Shown: piece by piece, positions 1 to 9,739 of the stretch
Position numbering within the stretch: the stretch's first letter is position 1
Layout of the letters: the number at the start of each line of letters is the position of its first letter
From: Porphyromonadaceae bacterium UBA7207
GTDB taxonomy: Bacteria > Bacteroidota > Bacteroidia > Bacteroidales > Muribaculaceae
Length of the DNA stretch: 64,000 bases
Assembly: GCA_002490635.1 (NCBI GenBank)
Contig: DKUJ01000022.1
Coordinates: 7,146 to 71,145, forward strand
Direction of reading: 5' to 3'
The notes under the pieces: model-generated
What the model saw: only the letters and a program-made list of their open reading frames with translations
Told to the model about the DNA's origin: nothing
The model's database searches: none
Translations under genes and position numbers: made by a program

Positions 1-829
1 GAGCTACACACAGACCGTTGCCAACGTGGACACCATGCGCTCTTTCCAGTGCCATGCCGTGTATCCACACCAGGAAGAATACTGGGACGGCCACCAGAAC
101 ATCGTGAATGGCGTTGTGCCCGTGAGCCGCACCCTCTCGCCCGTGCGCTGGGTAGAACCCGAGGAATGGGATCAGGAACGCTTCAACACATACTATCCCG
201 AAGGTTTCGCTGCCGAATTCCTCGCCAAGGTGTACGAATACCTCACCTCCGAGGAAAGCGCTCCGTCCTACTATGCGGCACTGCGTAACGTATATCTGAA
301 CTACAACTTCACCAACGAGCAGTTCACAGCTGTAGGTCTTCCCCAAATCGATCTCTCCGGCGACGATGGCGGCGCCGGCAACAAGAGCGAAGCATGGTTC
401 ACCACAACAGAGCAGGAGCCCGAAAACGTGATCGGCGTGTACTTCATCACCTACGATGAGAACGGCAAAACAATCTACAACGAACGTCCTGCCGACTACA
501 CCCCCTCCGAAGGCCAGGTGGTATATCCCGTCTACAAAGCTGCCGAATGGGTTTTCTGCCGCTACGACGACAACACCGGCACCATTGTCAACTCCGTACG
601 CAACGAGTGGCTGCCCAAATTCCGCACTCTGCTGGAGAACATCCCCTTCCAGGACTGGATTTATGATTCCTCCAACGGCGTATACAAAGTCGAGTTCTCC
701 CGCGCCTACGACGTTCTGGCTCAGTTCCGCTCCTACGACAAGGAGACTTCGCGCCTCAACGACCCCGACGCACCCGAATATGAAGGCGTGACCTCGCCCA
801 CCGATCTCAAGACAATTGCCATCAACTAA
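1..829 (+). CDS. C-terminal part of an uncharacterised, probably surface/lipoprotein protein; truncated at window start
   Basis: The frame of ORF 26..829 is open back to position 2. It has the same C-ending codon bias as its neighbours and stops (TAA) 21 bp before the next gene. Confidence 0.7.
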   Translation, partial: SYTQTVANVDTMRSFQCHAVYPHQEEYWDGHQNIVNGVVPVSRTLSPVRWVEPEEWDQERFNTYYPEGFAAEFLAKVYEYLTSEESAPSYYAALRNVYLNYNFTNEQFTAVGLPQIDLSGDDGGAGNKSEAWFTTTEQEPENVIGVYFITYDENGKTIYNERPADYTPSEGQVVYPVYKAAEWVFCRYDDNTGTIVNSVRNEWLPKFRTLLENIPFQDWIYDSSNGVYKVEFSRAYDVLAQFRSYDKETSRLNDPDAPEYEGVTSPTDLKTIAIN

Positions 830-850
830 TACTTCCAAAACCACGCAAGC

Positions 851-2590
851 ATGAAAATCTATAGCAAAATAGCCGTGGCACTGGCAGCAGGTGCGATGGC
901 AGCAGGCTGCGTCGACAAGGAAATCGACGAACAGTTCTTCCCCAACCCCGACGTTGACTTCACTTACGCTGTCGACGGCGACGAATACCAGTACGACTTC
1001 TATGTGGTGTCCACCATCAAGTTCAACAACACTTCGTCGGCTTCGGGCAACTTCACATGGGACTTCGGCGACGGCACAACCTCCACCGAGGTAAGCCCAA
1101 CCCACAAGTATGAACGTGCTGGCCTCTACCAGGTAAAGCTCACCCACGACACCAAAGGCTCCTGCACATATCCTCTGATGGTGTACGATATCACACCGGT
1201 GCTCACCATGGCTTCGTCGTCCACCGAAATCGTGGAGTTCAACAACACCACCGTCACCTTCAACCTCGAGCTCCCCAACCCCGATAACCTGCCCGTGCGC
1301 TACGAATGGACATTCCCCGAAGGCACAACCTACGAGGACGGTACCGAAGTACGCACATTCACCGGCTTCTCCGATGCCGAAGGCAATATTTCCTATCCCG
1401 CTCCTGTGAAATTCCGCAACATCGGTTCGCAGCGCGTCGATATCCGCACATTCTTTGACACCGAAGGTGAGAACCGCCGCCTCGAAGACGCCTACCTCAA
1501 CGTGCAGGTAGGCCTCAGCGAACCGGCTCCCACACTGTACTACGCTCAGCGCGGCGGCAACATCAAGGCCCTCAAACTGCTCGAGTCCATTCCCGAAGGC
1601 ACGAAAGTGCTTCCCTACGACATGGGTGTGCAGTCCGGCGCAACTGTGTTCAACCTCTGCTACTCCGACGTTACAGCTGCCATTGACGACGAGGGCAACA
1701 CCGAAACCCAGGGCTGGGTTTACATTCTCGACGCCGGCAAGCAGTACTACTTCATAAACGATGAGGACGGCGTGCTCGGCGACGGCAAAATCACCGCCAT
1801 GCGCACCGACGGCACCAACGTGAACACCATGATTACCAACGTCGGCGGTGCTGCGTTCCTCGATCCATTCATCGGCTGCGTACATAACGGCCAGCTCTAC
1901 TACACCGACCGTAACACCGGTACTTCCGCCATCGACGTCACTACCCGCGGCGCCGTGCAAGGCAAGATATCCAACTCGCAGCGCGACACCTACGCATGGC
2001 AGAACAACCTCATTCCCTACTACGGCCGCGGCATCTCCTACGGTGCCATCTCCAACGGTCTGTTCCGCGATTCCGCCGGTTACTGGTGGTGGGGCAAGAA
2101 GTACAACGGTGAAGGTATCTTCCGCTTCCGCGACTCCGACATCTACACCACCCAGAAAGATGCCGAAGCTGCCGGCCTCCCCGGTCCTGTTGTCCTCAAC
2201 GGTATCCGTGCGAGCTGCTTCGCAATCGACGAGACACACCAGGCTCTCTATGTATGGCGCCGCTCTCCCGATCCCGGTCTGCTGGTTTACCGTCTGCCCA
2301 AAATCAACGAAACCATCACCATCGAAGAGAACCCCGAAGTATTCATAGCCATGGAAGCCGATCCCGTGAATACCACTGATGCGGAAGGTCTCTACACAAC
2401 CCAGATGGCTGTCGATGCCACAAACGGTCGCGTATACTTCTGCTACCGTCCCGCAAACGGCGACGAATCGGGAGTGGCTGCAGGTATCAACTACTACGAT
2501 CCCAACGACAAGAAAGTGCACAAATACGGCGACACTTCCGACCTCGGAACCGGCATCGTGATCAATCCCAATCCGACAAAACTTTTCTAA
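851..2590 (+). CDS. PKD-domain lipoprotein with probable C-terminal beta-propeller
   Basis: Lipobox AMAAG-C; PKD signature FTWDFGDG...PTHKY; second PKD-like YEWTFPEG; C-terminal repeats typical of propeller blades. Confidence 0.8.
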   Translation: MKIYSKIAVALAAGAMAAGCVDKEIDEQFFPNPDVDFTYAVDGDEYQYDFYVVSTIKFNNTSSASGNFTWDFGDGTTSTEVSPTHKYERAGLYQVKLTHDTKGSCTYPLMVYDITPVLTMASSSTEIVEFNNTTVTFNLELPNPDNLPVRYEWTFPEGTTYEDGTEVRTFTGFSDAEGNISYPAPVKFRNIGSQRVDIRTFFDTEGENRRLEDAYLNVQVGLSEPAPTLYYAQRGGNIKALKLLESIPEGTKVLPYDMGVQSGATVFNLCYSDVTAAIDDEGNTETQGWVYILDAGKQYYFINDEDGVLGDGKITAMRTDGTNVNTMITNVGGAAFLDPFIGCVHNGQLYYTDRNTGTSAIDVTTRGAVQGKISNSQRDTYAWQNNLIPYYGRGISYGAISNGLFRDSAGYWWWGKKYNGEGIFRFRDSDIYTTQKDAEAAGLPGPVVLNGIRASCFAIDETHQALYVWRRSPDPGLLVYRLPKINETITIEENPEVFIAMEADPVNTTDAEGLYTTQMAVDATNGRVYFCYRPANGDESGVAAGINYYDPNDKKVHKYGDTSDLGTGIVINPNPTKLF

Positions 2591-2623
2591 TCCTTCCCTA
2601 CGGCCTCTTCGGCCGGAAAAACC

Positions 2624-2668
2624 GAATGAAGGGGCGCGGCAACAGCCGCCGCCCCTTCATTCTTTCTC
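2624..2668 (+). terminator. Intrinsic terminator-like hairpin after PKD gene
   Basis: GAATGAAGGGGC...GCCCCTTCATTC stem (2624-2662) followed by a T-rich tail. Confidence 0.7.
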
Positions 2669-2701
2669 TATTACAACAACAATCCGATTCTAAACCTCAC
2701 C

Positions 2702-5329
2702 ATGAAAAAACTCTACACCGCCGTTCTCTTCCTGGCCTGCACGCTCAGTGCCATCGCTGCCGGTGAGAACGTAGTGCGCGAGCACAGGGCCATATGGATG
2801 AGCCCAATGCTTTCGTCCACATGGCCTTCGGGAGAAATCACCGAATCCAACGCGCAGGCACGTCGCGAATCGCTGCGGCAGCGTTTCGCCACCCTGCGTT
2901 CGCAAGGCATCAACACCATCTATTTCCACACCCGCGCACACTGCGACGCCACATATGCTTCTTCCTACGAACCATATGCTTCTTCCGTAGCCGGAAGCCG
3001 CGGCGGAACACCTGCTTTCGACCCGTTCGGCTTCGTGGTGCAGACCGCCCACGAACAGGGCATGGAAGTGTATGCATGGGTAAACCCTCTGCGATATTCC
3101 GCCGGAGGAACCTACGGCAACGGCGACCCGCGGAACTATGAGGTGTCGCATCCCGAATGGCTGCTTCGCTCCCCGGAGCAGATCATTCTCAATCCTGCCA
3201 TCCCGGAAGTGCGCCAGAGGGTGGTGGACATCTGCCGCGAAATCGCCGCCAACTACGACATCGACGGCATGATTTTCGACGACTATTTCTACCACAGCTC
3301 CATAAAACTGGAAATGGACGCCGATTATTACCAGGAATACTGCAATTCAGTGCCGAAAGACCAAAAAGCCATGAGCCAGGAGGAATGGCGCCGCGAGAAT
3401 GTGAATAACGTTGTGCGCTCCGTCCGCCAGGCTGTGATCGAGGAGCGCCCTTATGCTGTGTTCGCCATCGGCCCGGCAGGCCGCATCTCCCCCGACGATA
3501 TCACCGACTACGGCCTCACTCCAGGCCCACACGGCGACATGAACTACACAGGACTGTTCGCCGACCCTATCAAATGGCTGTCCGAAGGCCTGCTGGATTT
3601 CCTCTCGCCACAGATCTACTGGCCGGAATGGTTCGACGATCTCCAGAAATGGTATTCCATAGCCCTTCCCCACTTCAACAGACACCTCTACACCTCGCTG
3701 GACTGCAATAAACTCAAGAATGTGAAGAGCGAGGAATTCCTGCGCGAGATAGATTTCATGCGCTCCCATGTGCGCCCCAACGAAAGCGGTGTGGTCTTCT
3801 TCGACCTCGGCGCCTTCCTGAACTACGGCGAACGCTACCAGGGCTCAAAACGCCTCACATGGGGCGAAATCCTCCACCAGTATACTTTCCCCTACACTGC
3901 CCTCGCTCCGCTCCAGGGATGGCGCGGAATACGCACTGAACACCACACAGGCATGCCGGCACGCAACGGCGATAATCTTGTATGGGATGCACCGGCCTCG
4001 GCAGGCCAGGAAGCCTTACGATATGCCGTGTATGCGCTGCCGGAAGCCATGGATCGCGCCGACTTCGCCTTCCAGCCCGAATATCTCGCCGGAGTGGCAT
4101 ACACAGAGAGCTTCGACATCTCCGCCAACCCGTCGGCTGTGTACGGTGTGGCTGTCTATGACCGCTACGGACGTATGGGCGCCATCCGCTTCGAAGGCTG
4201 CGCCAACCTTGCCGACGGAGCTGTTCCCACGGGCCTCGCACCTGCCGGAGGCAATGCCGCCGACCTCACAGACCTGTCGTGGAACTATTCCGGAAACGCC
4301 CGTTTCGTTGTGGAATTCGCCACCGACGCCTCATTTACCAGCATTGTGGCTACCGGAGAGACAACGGAGAAACGTATTCCTCTGAACCACCTGGCGTCGC
4401 TTGAGCCGGGAACCGAACACCACTGGCGCGTTATCGCCTATGCCGCCGACTGCAAAGCCGCCACAAGTGCCCCCGCTGTTTTCACTCCCTCGCGAGTGGC
4501 CATAACAGCACCCGTGGCCGGAGCAAACGATGTTCCTTTCAATCCCGTTGTCGCCTGGACTCCCTGCGAGAACGGCACAGAATACACACTCGAGATAAGC
4601 ACTACCGAAAACTTCAGCAACGTGGTGTTCACCGCCACTACCGACAAGGCATCGCTCCAGGTGCCCCAGCGCACTCTCATAAGCGGCATGAAGTACTTCG
4701 CACGTGTCACGGCCTCACGTTCCGGCGCCGAATCCAAATCGGCTACCACCATGTTCCTCACTGCCGACCGTAGCGACTACACGGCTCCGGCCTTCGCCAA
4801 TCCCGCAGAAACCGGCACAACATTGAACACCAACAGCATCGTGCGTCTGCAGCAATGGGAGGGCATGACCAACGTAACCATCGAGATTGCCGCTAACCAG
4901 GATTTCCCCTCGCGTTCCATCTACCGAAAGACACTCACCGACTTCGCCACCGAACTGCCCGAACTATCGACCGTGCGAATTTCATCGAAATCACTCGAAG
5001 CCGGCAAGACCTATTATATGCGTAACCGTGGCGGATACCGACTCCAGAATGCCTCGGCGGTGAAATACACACCCTACAGCGATGTGATAACCTTCGTGTA
5101 TTCCGGTGTGGCAGGCGTGGACCAGGCAGAGACCGCAAAAGCTTTTGTCGACGGCAACAATATTCTCCATCTGCCTCTCGAGGCCGCCGTAGAGGTATTC
5201 GACCTCGCAGGACGGCTCGTGCTGGCCTGCGACCCTGCCAACGAGCATTCCCTGCAGGCCATTCCCGCTGGATGCTACATTATCCGCGTGGCGGCACACA
5301 ACATTTCACCCATCAAATGGGTTAGATAA
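2702..5329 (+). CDS. Family 10 glycosyl hydrolase-like (GHL10/DUF187, YddW/DigH-like) enzyme with Fn3/Ig-like repeats and T9SS C-terminal domain
   Basis: Signal peptide; RAIW..., GINTIYFHTRAHCDA.Y.S.YEP, AHEQGMEVYAWVNP, YDIDGMIFDDYFY, DFLSPQIYW motifs; C-terminus VEVFDLAGR...GCYIIRV...KWVR. Confidence 0.85.
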   Translation: MKKLYTAVLFLACTLSAIAAGENVVREHRAIWMSPMLSSTWPSGEITESNAQARRESLRQRFATLRSQGINTIYFHTRAHCDATYASSYEPYASSVAGSRGGTPAFDPFGFVVQTAHEQGMEVYAWVNPLRYSAGGTYGNGDPRNYEVSHPEWLLRSPEQIILNPAIPEVRQRVVDICREIAANYDIDGMIFDDYFYHSSIKLEMDADYYQEYCNSVPKDQKAMSQEEWRRENVNNVVRSVRQAVIEERPYAVFAIGPAGRISPDDITDYGLTPGPHGDMNYTGLFADPIKWLSEGLLDFLSPQIYWPEWFDDLQKWYSIALPHFNRHLYTSLDCNKLKNVKSEEFLREIDFMRSHVRPNESGVVFFDLGAFLNYGERYQGSKRLTWGEILHQYTFPYTALAPLQGWRGIRTEHHTGMPARNGDNLVWDAPASAGQEALRYAVYALPEAMDRADFAFQPEYLAGVAYTESFDISANPSAVYGVAVYDRYGRMGAIRFEGCANLADGAVPTGLAPAGGNAADLTDLSWNYSGNARFVVEFATDASFTSIVATGETTEKRIPLNHLASLEPGTEHHWRVIAYAADCKAATSAPAVFTPSRVAITAPVAGANDVPFNPVVAWTPCENGTEYTLEISTTENFSNVVFTATTDKASLQVPQRTLISGMKYFARVTASRSGAESKSATTMFLTADRSDYTAPAFANPAETGTTLNTNSIVRLQQWEGMTNVTIEIAANQDFPSRSIYRKTLTDFATELPELSTVRISSKSLEAGKTYYMRNRGGYRLQNASAVKYTPYSDVITFVYSGVAGVDQAETAKAFVDGNNILHLPLEAAVEVFDLAGRLVLACDPANEHSLQAIPAGCYIIRVAAHNISPIKWVR

Positions 5330-5373
5330 TAGAAGCGTTTCAACCCGCCAACCGCAACCCTGAATCAAAACTC

Positions 5374-5408
5374 GCGGCCACCCGGGACAACGGGGTGGCC
5401 GCGCTTTG
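5374..5408 (+). terminator. Hairpin terminator after GHL10 gene
   Basis: GCGGCCACCC / GGGTGGCCGC stem (5374-5402) followed by GCTTTG. Confidence 0.6.
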
Positions 5409-5419
5409 TATGATATGCA

Positions 5420-5833
5420 ATGAAATCAGTAGCAGCAATCTTAGCAGTGCTGGCCGTAGCGTCCGTGTCATGCTCCGGCCGACACGGCTACGACCCGGCG
5501 ACCTGCGAGGAGCTGTCGATAAAGATAGAACGTCACGACAGCCTCACCCAGACCGACTATTCGGCCATGATAGACCAGAACGAACAGATTCTACGCTACC
5601 TCATCGAGGAAAGCGAACGACTGCAGGACACTCCCGACGACGAACGGTATGCCGCCTTTCGCGAACTGCTTGCCGAGCCTGTATACCGCGAGCGTTTCAG
5701 CTATCTGTTCACGCTCGGATCGGCCCTATACCAGGCCGACGAACTCGGACTTCTCGACAGAAGCAATGCCAGAGCATACCGGCGCCTCGACGAATACAAC
5801 GCACGTTTTGCAGCCATTTCCGACCGCATGTAA
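5420..5833 (+). CDS. Small helical lipoprotein, unknown function
   Basis: Lipobox ASVS-C after a hydrophobic stretch; 137 aa ORF. Confidence 0.7.
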   Translation: MKSVAAILAVLAVASVSCSGRHGYDPATCEELSIKIERHDSLTQTDYSAMIDQNEQILRYLIEESERLQDTPDDERYAAFRELLAEPVYRERFSYLFTLGSALYQADELGLLDRSNARAYRRLDEYNARFAAISDRM

Positions 5834-5837
5834 GTTA

Positions 5838-6689
5838 TTACCCTCGGCCTGCCGTAGCTGCGAAATCCGCGGCGATATAGCGCGCAACAGCATCGGTGTA
5901 GTTGGCATCTATGACTTCGTGGGCCGCAGCCTTCACCTGCGGCATGGCATTGCCCACAGCTACCGCAATGTCGGCCACTGCAAACATGGGCAGGTCGTTC
6001 AGATTGTCGCCGAACACCACAATGCGTTCCGCACCCTCGGCCTTGGCGACACGCCGTATGGCGCTGGCTTTCGACACTCCGGGAGCGAGCACTTCAAGAT
6101 TGTAGATATCGCTGTTGAAAATGTCGGGATAGCACGAAACCGAGCATTCCGTGCTATCGCGAACCATTTGTGCAAGGGCTTCGACGGGGCCGCGTTCGCC
6201 CATGGCGAAAAATAGCATGGCGCGGCCTGTGGAACGTTCCGGCACGGGAGTGCCGAGATGGAAGCGTTTCAGCGCCACATGGCGGCGTTCGAGCCAGAAA
6301 CTTTCCTCGGCGCGGTTGAGTGTCTTTCCGGAATGGTAGACATCGAGAGTGCGCCCCTCGGGCGACTGGATGTAGACAAACGGATGCACACCGTGCATGG
6401 CTCCCATATCCAGCAGCAGCCGGCTGTCATCGGCTCCTATGAAACATGAATCGACAAATTCGCCGCGGGTGCGGTTCCAACCGGCGGCACCTGTCATCAC
6501 TATATAATCGACTCCTGTTGCCGCATGTGCCATCAACGGAACCACGGTGGCCGGAGTGCGCGCCGTAGCCACGGTTATCAGGGCACCTCGGGCGCTGAGT
6601 TCTGTAATCAGTTCAGCGCTGCGCTGGCTCACCCGGCTGTCGCTGCCGAGCAGCGTGCCGTCGAGGTCGCTTACATAGAGTGTTTTCAT
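5838..6689 (-). CDS. HAD-superfamily Cof-type hydrolase
   Basis: Motifs DLDGTLL, TAR, GVSKA, FGDNLND. Start placed at the ATG overlapping the upstream stop (ATGA). Confidence 0.9.
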   Translation of the reverse strand: MKTLYVSDLDGTLLGSDSRVSQRSAELITELSARGALITVATARTPATVVPLMAHAATGVDYIVMTGAAGWNRTRGEFVDSCFIGADDSRLLLDMGAMHGVHPFVYIQSPEGRTLDVYHSGKTLNRAEESFWLERRHVALKRFHLGTPVPERSTGRAMLFFAMGERGPVEALAQMVRDSTECSVSCYPDIFNSDIYNLEVLAPGVSKASAIRRVAKAEGAERIVVFGDNLNDLPMFAVADIAVAVGNAMPQVKAAAHEVIDANYTDAVARYIAADFAATAGRG

Positions 6690-7930
6690 TGTTCTGTGGG
6701 CAACCACCGGTAAAGCCTGTCGGCAGGGCGTATTTTCGCCGGCACGGCAATTGAGAACGCATCGCCTTTAACGGCTTTTTCCACACTCTTTCCTCCCACA
6801 CGGATATCGTCGGCACGTACAATCAGAGCTCCAGTGGTGGGGCCTGTTATCACCACCTCATCGCCTCGGACAAGCTCGCCGGCTTCCATGAGGAATTCTC
6901 CCACACCGAGTTTCGAGAAGTATTTCACACCTTTGGCCGCGTACTGTTTCACACGCGTTGCCGAAGAGCCGTATCTGGCGCTCCATTCACCCAGGCGCTG
7001 CCCGAGATAATATCCGTTCCAGAATCCGCGGTTGAATATCTTTTCAAGCCTGCTGTTCCACTGCTCCACCTTCTCCTGGCCATAAGTGCCATCGCACAGC
7101 GCCTCGAGAGCCTCGGAATAGCATTCCACGGCTGTGGCAACATATTCAGGACCACGCGCACGACCCTCGATTTTGAACACTCTGACTCCCGCATCTGCCA
7201 TGCGGTCGATAAAATGGATGGTCTTGAGGTCTTTGGGAGACATTATGTATTTGTTCTCCACGGCAAGGCTTTCGCCGGTTTCCAGGTCGGTGACCTCGTA
7301 GCCGCGGCGGCATATCTGTGTGCATGCCCCGCGGTTGGCGCTGGAGTTCATCTGGTGAAGCGATAGATAGCATTTTCCCGACACGGCCATGCACAAGGCA
7401 CCGTGGCAGAACATTTCTATTCTCACAAGTTCGCCACGCGGTCCGCGGATATCTTCGGCTGTAATGGCGTCGGAAATAGCCTTCACCTGGTCGAGACTCA
7501 GCTCGCGGGCAAGCACCACCACGTCGGCAAAAGCGGCATAGAACCGCACTGCCTCGATATTGGAAACATTGCATTGTGTGGATATGTGCACTTCCACGCC
7601 CTGCCGGCGGCATTCCGATATAACGGCTATATCCGAGGCTATCACCGCTGTGATTCCTGCGGCGGCAGCAGCGGCTATCGTTTCCCGCACAGCCTGCAGG
7701 TCGTTGTCGTAGACTATGGTATTTACGGTAAGATACGTTTTCACTCCCGCTCCGGCGGCTATGGATGCTATGTTCCGCAGGTCGTCGAGGGTGAAATTGG
7801 CACTCGAGCGCGAACGCATGTTCAGCCCCTGCACACCGAAATAAACGGCATCGGCACCGGCGGCAATGGCAGCCGACAACGAATCGTAGCTGCCAACGGG
7901 GGCCATTATTTCAAAATCACTTCTTTGCAT
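6686..7930 (-). CDS. U32 family protein (TrhP/PrtC-like, 4Fe-4S-dependent hydroxylase/peptidase)
   Basis: EIMAPVGS..., AGADAVYFG, VLARELS, EMFCHGALCMAVSGKC, NRGAC.QICR, FKIEGRAR motifs. Confidence 0.9.
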   Translation of the reverse strand: MQRSDFEIMAPVGSYDSLSAAIAAGADAVYFGVQGLNMRSRSSANFTLDDLRNIASIAAGAGVKTYLTVNTIVYDNDLQAVRETIAAAAAAGITAVIASDIAVISECRRQGVEVHISTQCNVSNIEAVRFYAAFADVVVLARELSLDQVKAISDAITAEDIRGPRGELVRIEMFCHGALCMAVSGKCYLSLHQMNSSANRGACTQICRRGYEVTDLETGESLAVENKYIMSPKDLKTIHFIDRMADAGVRVFKIEGRARGPEYVATAVECYSEALEALCDGTYGQEKVEQWNSRLEKIFNRGFWNGYYLGQRLGEWSARYGSSATRVKQYAAKGVKYFSKLGVGEFLMEAGELVRGDEVVITGPTTGALIVRADDIRVGGKSVEKAVKGDAFSIAVPAKIRPADRLYRWLPTEQ

Positions 7931-7940
7931 TTGGGTAGAT

Positions 7941-7995
7941 AAAAAAGTGTATCCCGCACCTGTCGGTTTGCATGGACAGGCTGCGGGATACTTTT
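7941..7995 (-). terminator. Hairpin terminator after secG
   Basis: GTATCCCGCA (7949-7958) / TGCGGGATAC (7982-7991) plus inner CCTGTC/GACAGG stem; T-runs on both strands. Confidence 0.75.
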
Positions 7996-8011
7996 CTATT
8001 ATTTCTTTTCC

Positions 8012-8395
8012 TTATTGCTGGGCGGGTGTTTCCACTTCTTCGGCTTCCACTACTGTGGCCTCGGTTTCAGGAACGGTAACGGGTACCACATCCATCTGGC
8101 CGGGAGCCGGAAGCGCGGGAGCGGCTGCCGCCGGAGCCTGGGGAACGGCACGGAGCTCGGAAGCGTTGTTGACACGGGGAGCGGTCCATACGGATACTAT
8201 GGACAACACCACCAGCAGAGACACCAGCACCCATGTGCCTTTTTCGAGGAAACTGTTGGTCTGGCGTACGCCCATCACGTTTCCGGCGCCACCGAACTGG
8301 CTGGAGAGACCGCCGCCTTTGCTTTTCTGTATCAATACTATTCCTATGAGCAGAATCGATACCACTACAATAAGGGCTATTATTACGATGTGCAT
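8012..8395 (-). CDS. secG: Preprotein translocase subunit SecG
   Basis: LIQKSKGGGLSSQFGG...FLEKGTW signature with two TM helices. Confidence 0.95.
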   Translation of the reverse strand: MHIVIIALIVVVSILLIGIVLIQKSKGGGLSSQFGGAGNVMGVRQTNSFLEKGTWVLVSLLVVLSIVSVWTAPRVNNASELRAVPQAPAAAAPALPAPGQMDVVPVTVPETEATVVEAEEVETPAQQ

Positions 8396-8444
8396 GTCTT
8401 ATAATGTTATTTTTCTAATTATCAATTATTTGGCAACAGCAAAG

Positions 8445-9209
8445 CTATTCTTCGGCCTTTTTGCCGGCTTTGTCTATCAATATCAGTTTCCGCAGAAACC
8501 GCAATTGGTCTGCAAAGTAAGCACTTTTTTTCGGAAATTTCAAGTTTAGCGACGAAATAATATCGTAGGCACGCTGATATTTACCTTGCCTGATATAGAT
8601 TTTCGCCAGCGATTCGCTGAGCAGGGAATCGGCCGGTTCGTCAGCCGGTTTTTTCAGTGGCTTCGCCTTCGGTGCAGGCTGTGGCGCAGGCTCGGGCCGG
8701 TGATGCTGCGCCGCCGGATGCCGACTGAGAATAAAGGCATCTATACGCCCTTCGGGACTGTCGGCATCGACCGGTTCGGAAGGCAGATGTTCCTGTTCCT
8801 CGCGGGCGAGCACTTCGCCGTAGTCGGGAGTGGGATTGAATATCATGCGTTCGAGCATCGCGTCCTCCGCAGGGCTGCTGTGGCCGTAAGTCTGCAAAAA
8901 AAGGTCTATCACATTCTCTGTTGCCGGCGATTCGTTTTCCTCAGGCGGATAGAAGCCCGCAAAGTCGCCGCCTCTGGCGCTTTCTATGGCATCGGCATTG
9001 TCGGAAGCGAGCATGATTTTCATCTCCAGACTGCTGCGCTGTTCCCTGTCCAGCGACGGGCTTCGCAGCATGAGCATATCTATCGCCGTGCAGTATGGAA
9101 AAGCCTTGGATGCGCGGGCGAGGACCGCCATGTCGTCGGCCGACGGTGCCGACACGCTGCCGGCATATCTGCGCAGGATAGCGCCTGTAGTCTGTAATAA
9201 TTCTTCCAT
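8445..9209 (-). CDS. Conserved Bacteroidota protein with C-terminal TPR-like motif
   Basis: SESLAKIYIRQGKYQRAYDII..L.LKFPKKSAYFADQ, typical of the gene between lptE and secG; start at MEELL. Confidence 0.8.
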   Translation of the reverse strand: MEELLQTTGAILRRYAGSVSAPSADDMAVLARASKAFPYCTAIDMLMLRSPSLDREQRSSLEMKIMLASDNADAIESARGGDFAGFYPPEENESPATENVIDLFLQTYGHSSPAEDAMLERMIFNPTPDYGEVLAREEQEHLPSEPVDADSPEGRIDAFILSRHPAAQHHRPEPAPQPAPKAKPLKKPADEPADSLLSESLAKIYIRQGKYQRAYDIISSLNLKFPKKSAYFADQLRFLRKLILIDKAGKKAEE

Positions 9210-9211
9210 TA

Positions 9212-9739
9212 TCACCAGTCGCCCAGGGTGGAGTTGAAAATAAGATCTACAAGCTCCTTGCATATCTCCTGACAGAGACCGTCCTGCACGTCGGTGAGCA
9301 TCTCGCTGCTGGTGAAGTCCCGGTAGGCGCTGAATGTCTGGTCGAAGTCCTTGCCGTCGACTTTGGTATCTGTGTATTTCACGCGCACCGATATGGTGAG
9401 ACGTGTCATGGAGCCGTAGCCGTCTTCTGTCACCGCCTGCGGTGTGAGGTTGTAGCCGGTGATTTCGCCTTCAAGCCGGAGGTCGGAAAGGCCGTCGACA
9501 GTCTGCAGGCGTGTGTTGCGGGTTATGTAGTTCTGCAGCTCGTTCTCGAACATAGGCTGCAGGGGCGGATACACCAGTGCCGCACGAATCGGGAACTCGC
9601 TCACGGATATCGTGCGATATACATTGTAGTCGATGGATGTGCCGTTCGGCGTAAACCTTATCTTGCAGGCTCCCGCAACAACGAGAACACACAGCATTAC
9701 AAGCGCCGGCAACGTCCGGGAGTATTTATTCGAGTCCAT
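9212..9739 (-). CDS. lptE: LPS assembly lipoprotein LptE family
   Basis: Lipobox AGA-C; LRLEGEITGY...TRLTISVRVKY...LVDLIFNSTLGDW. Confidence 0.85.
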   Translation of the reverse strand: MDSNKYSRTLPALVMLCVLVVAGACKIRFTPNGTSIDYNVYRTISVSEFPIRAALVYPPLQPMFENELQNYITRNTRLQTVDGLSDLRLEGEITGYNLTPQAVTEDGYGSMTRLTISVRVKYTDTKVDGKDFDQTFSAYRDFTSSEMLTDVQDGLCQEICKELVDLIFNSTLGDW

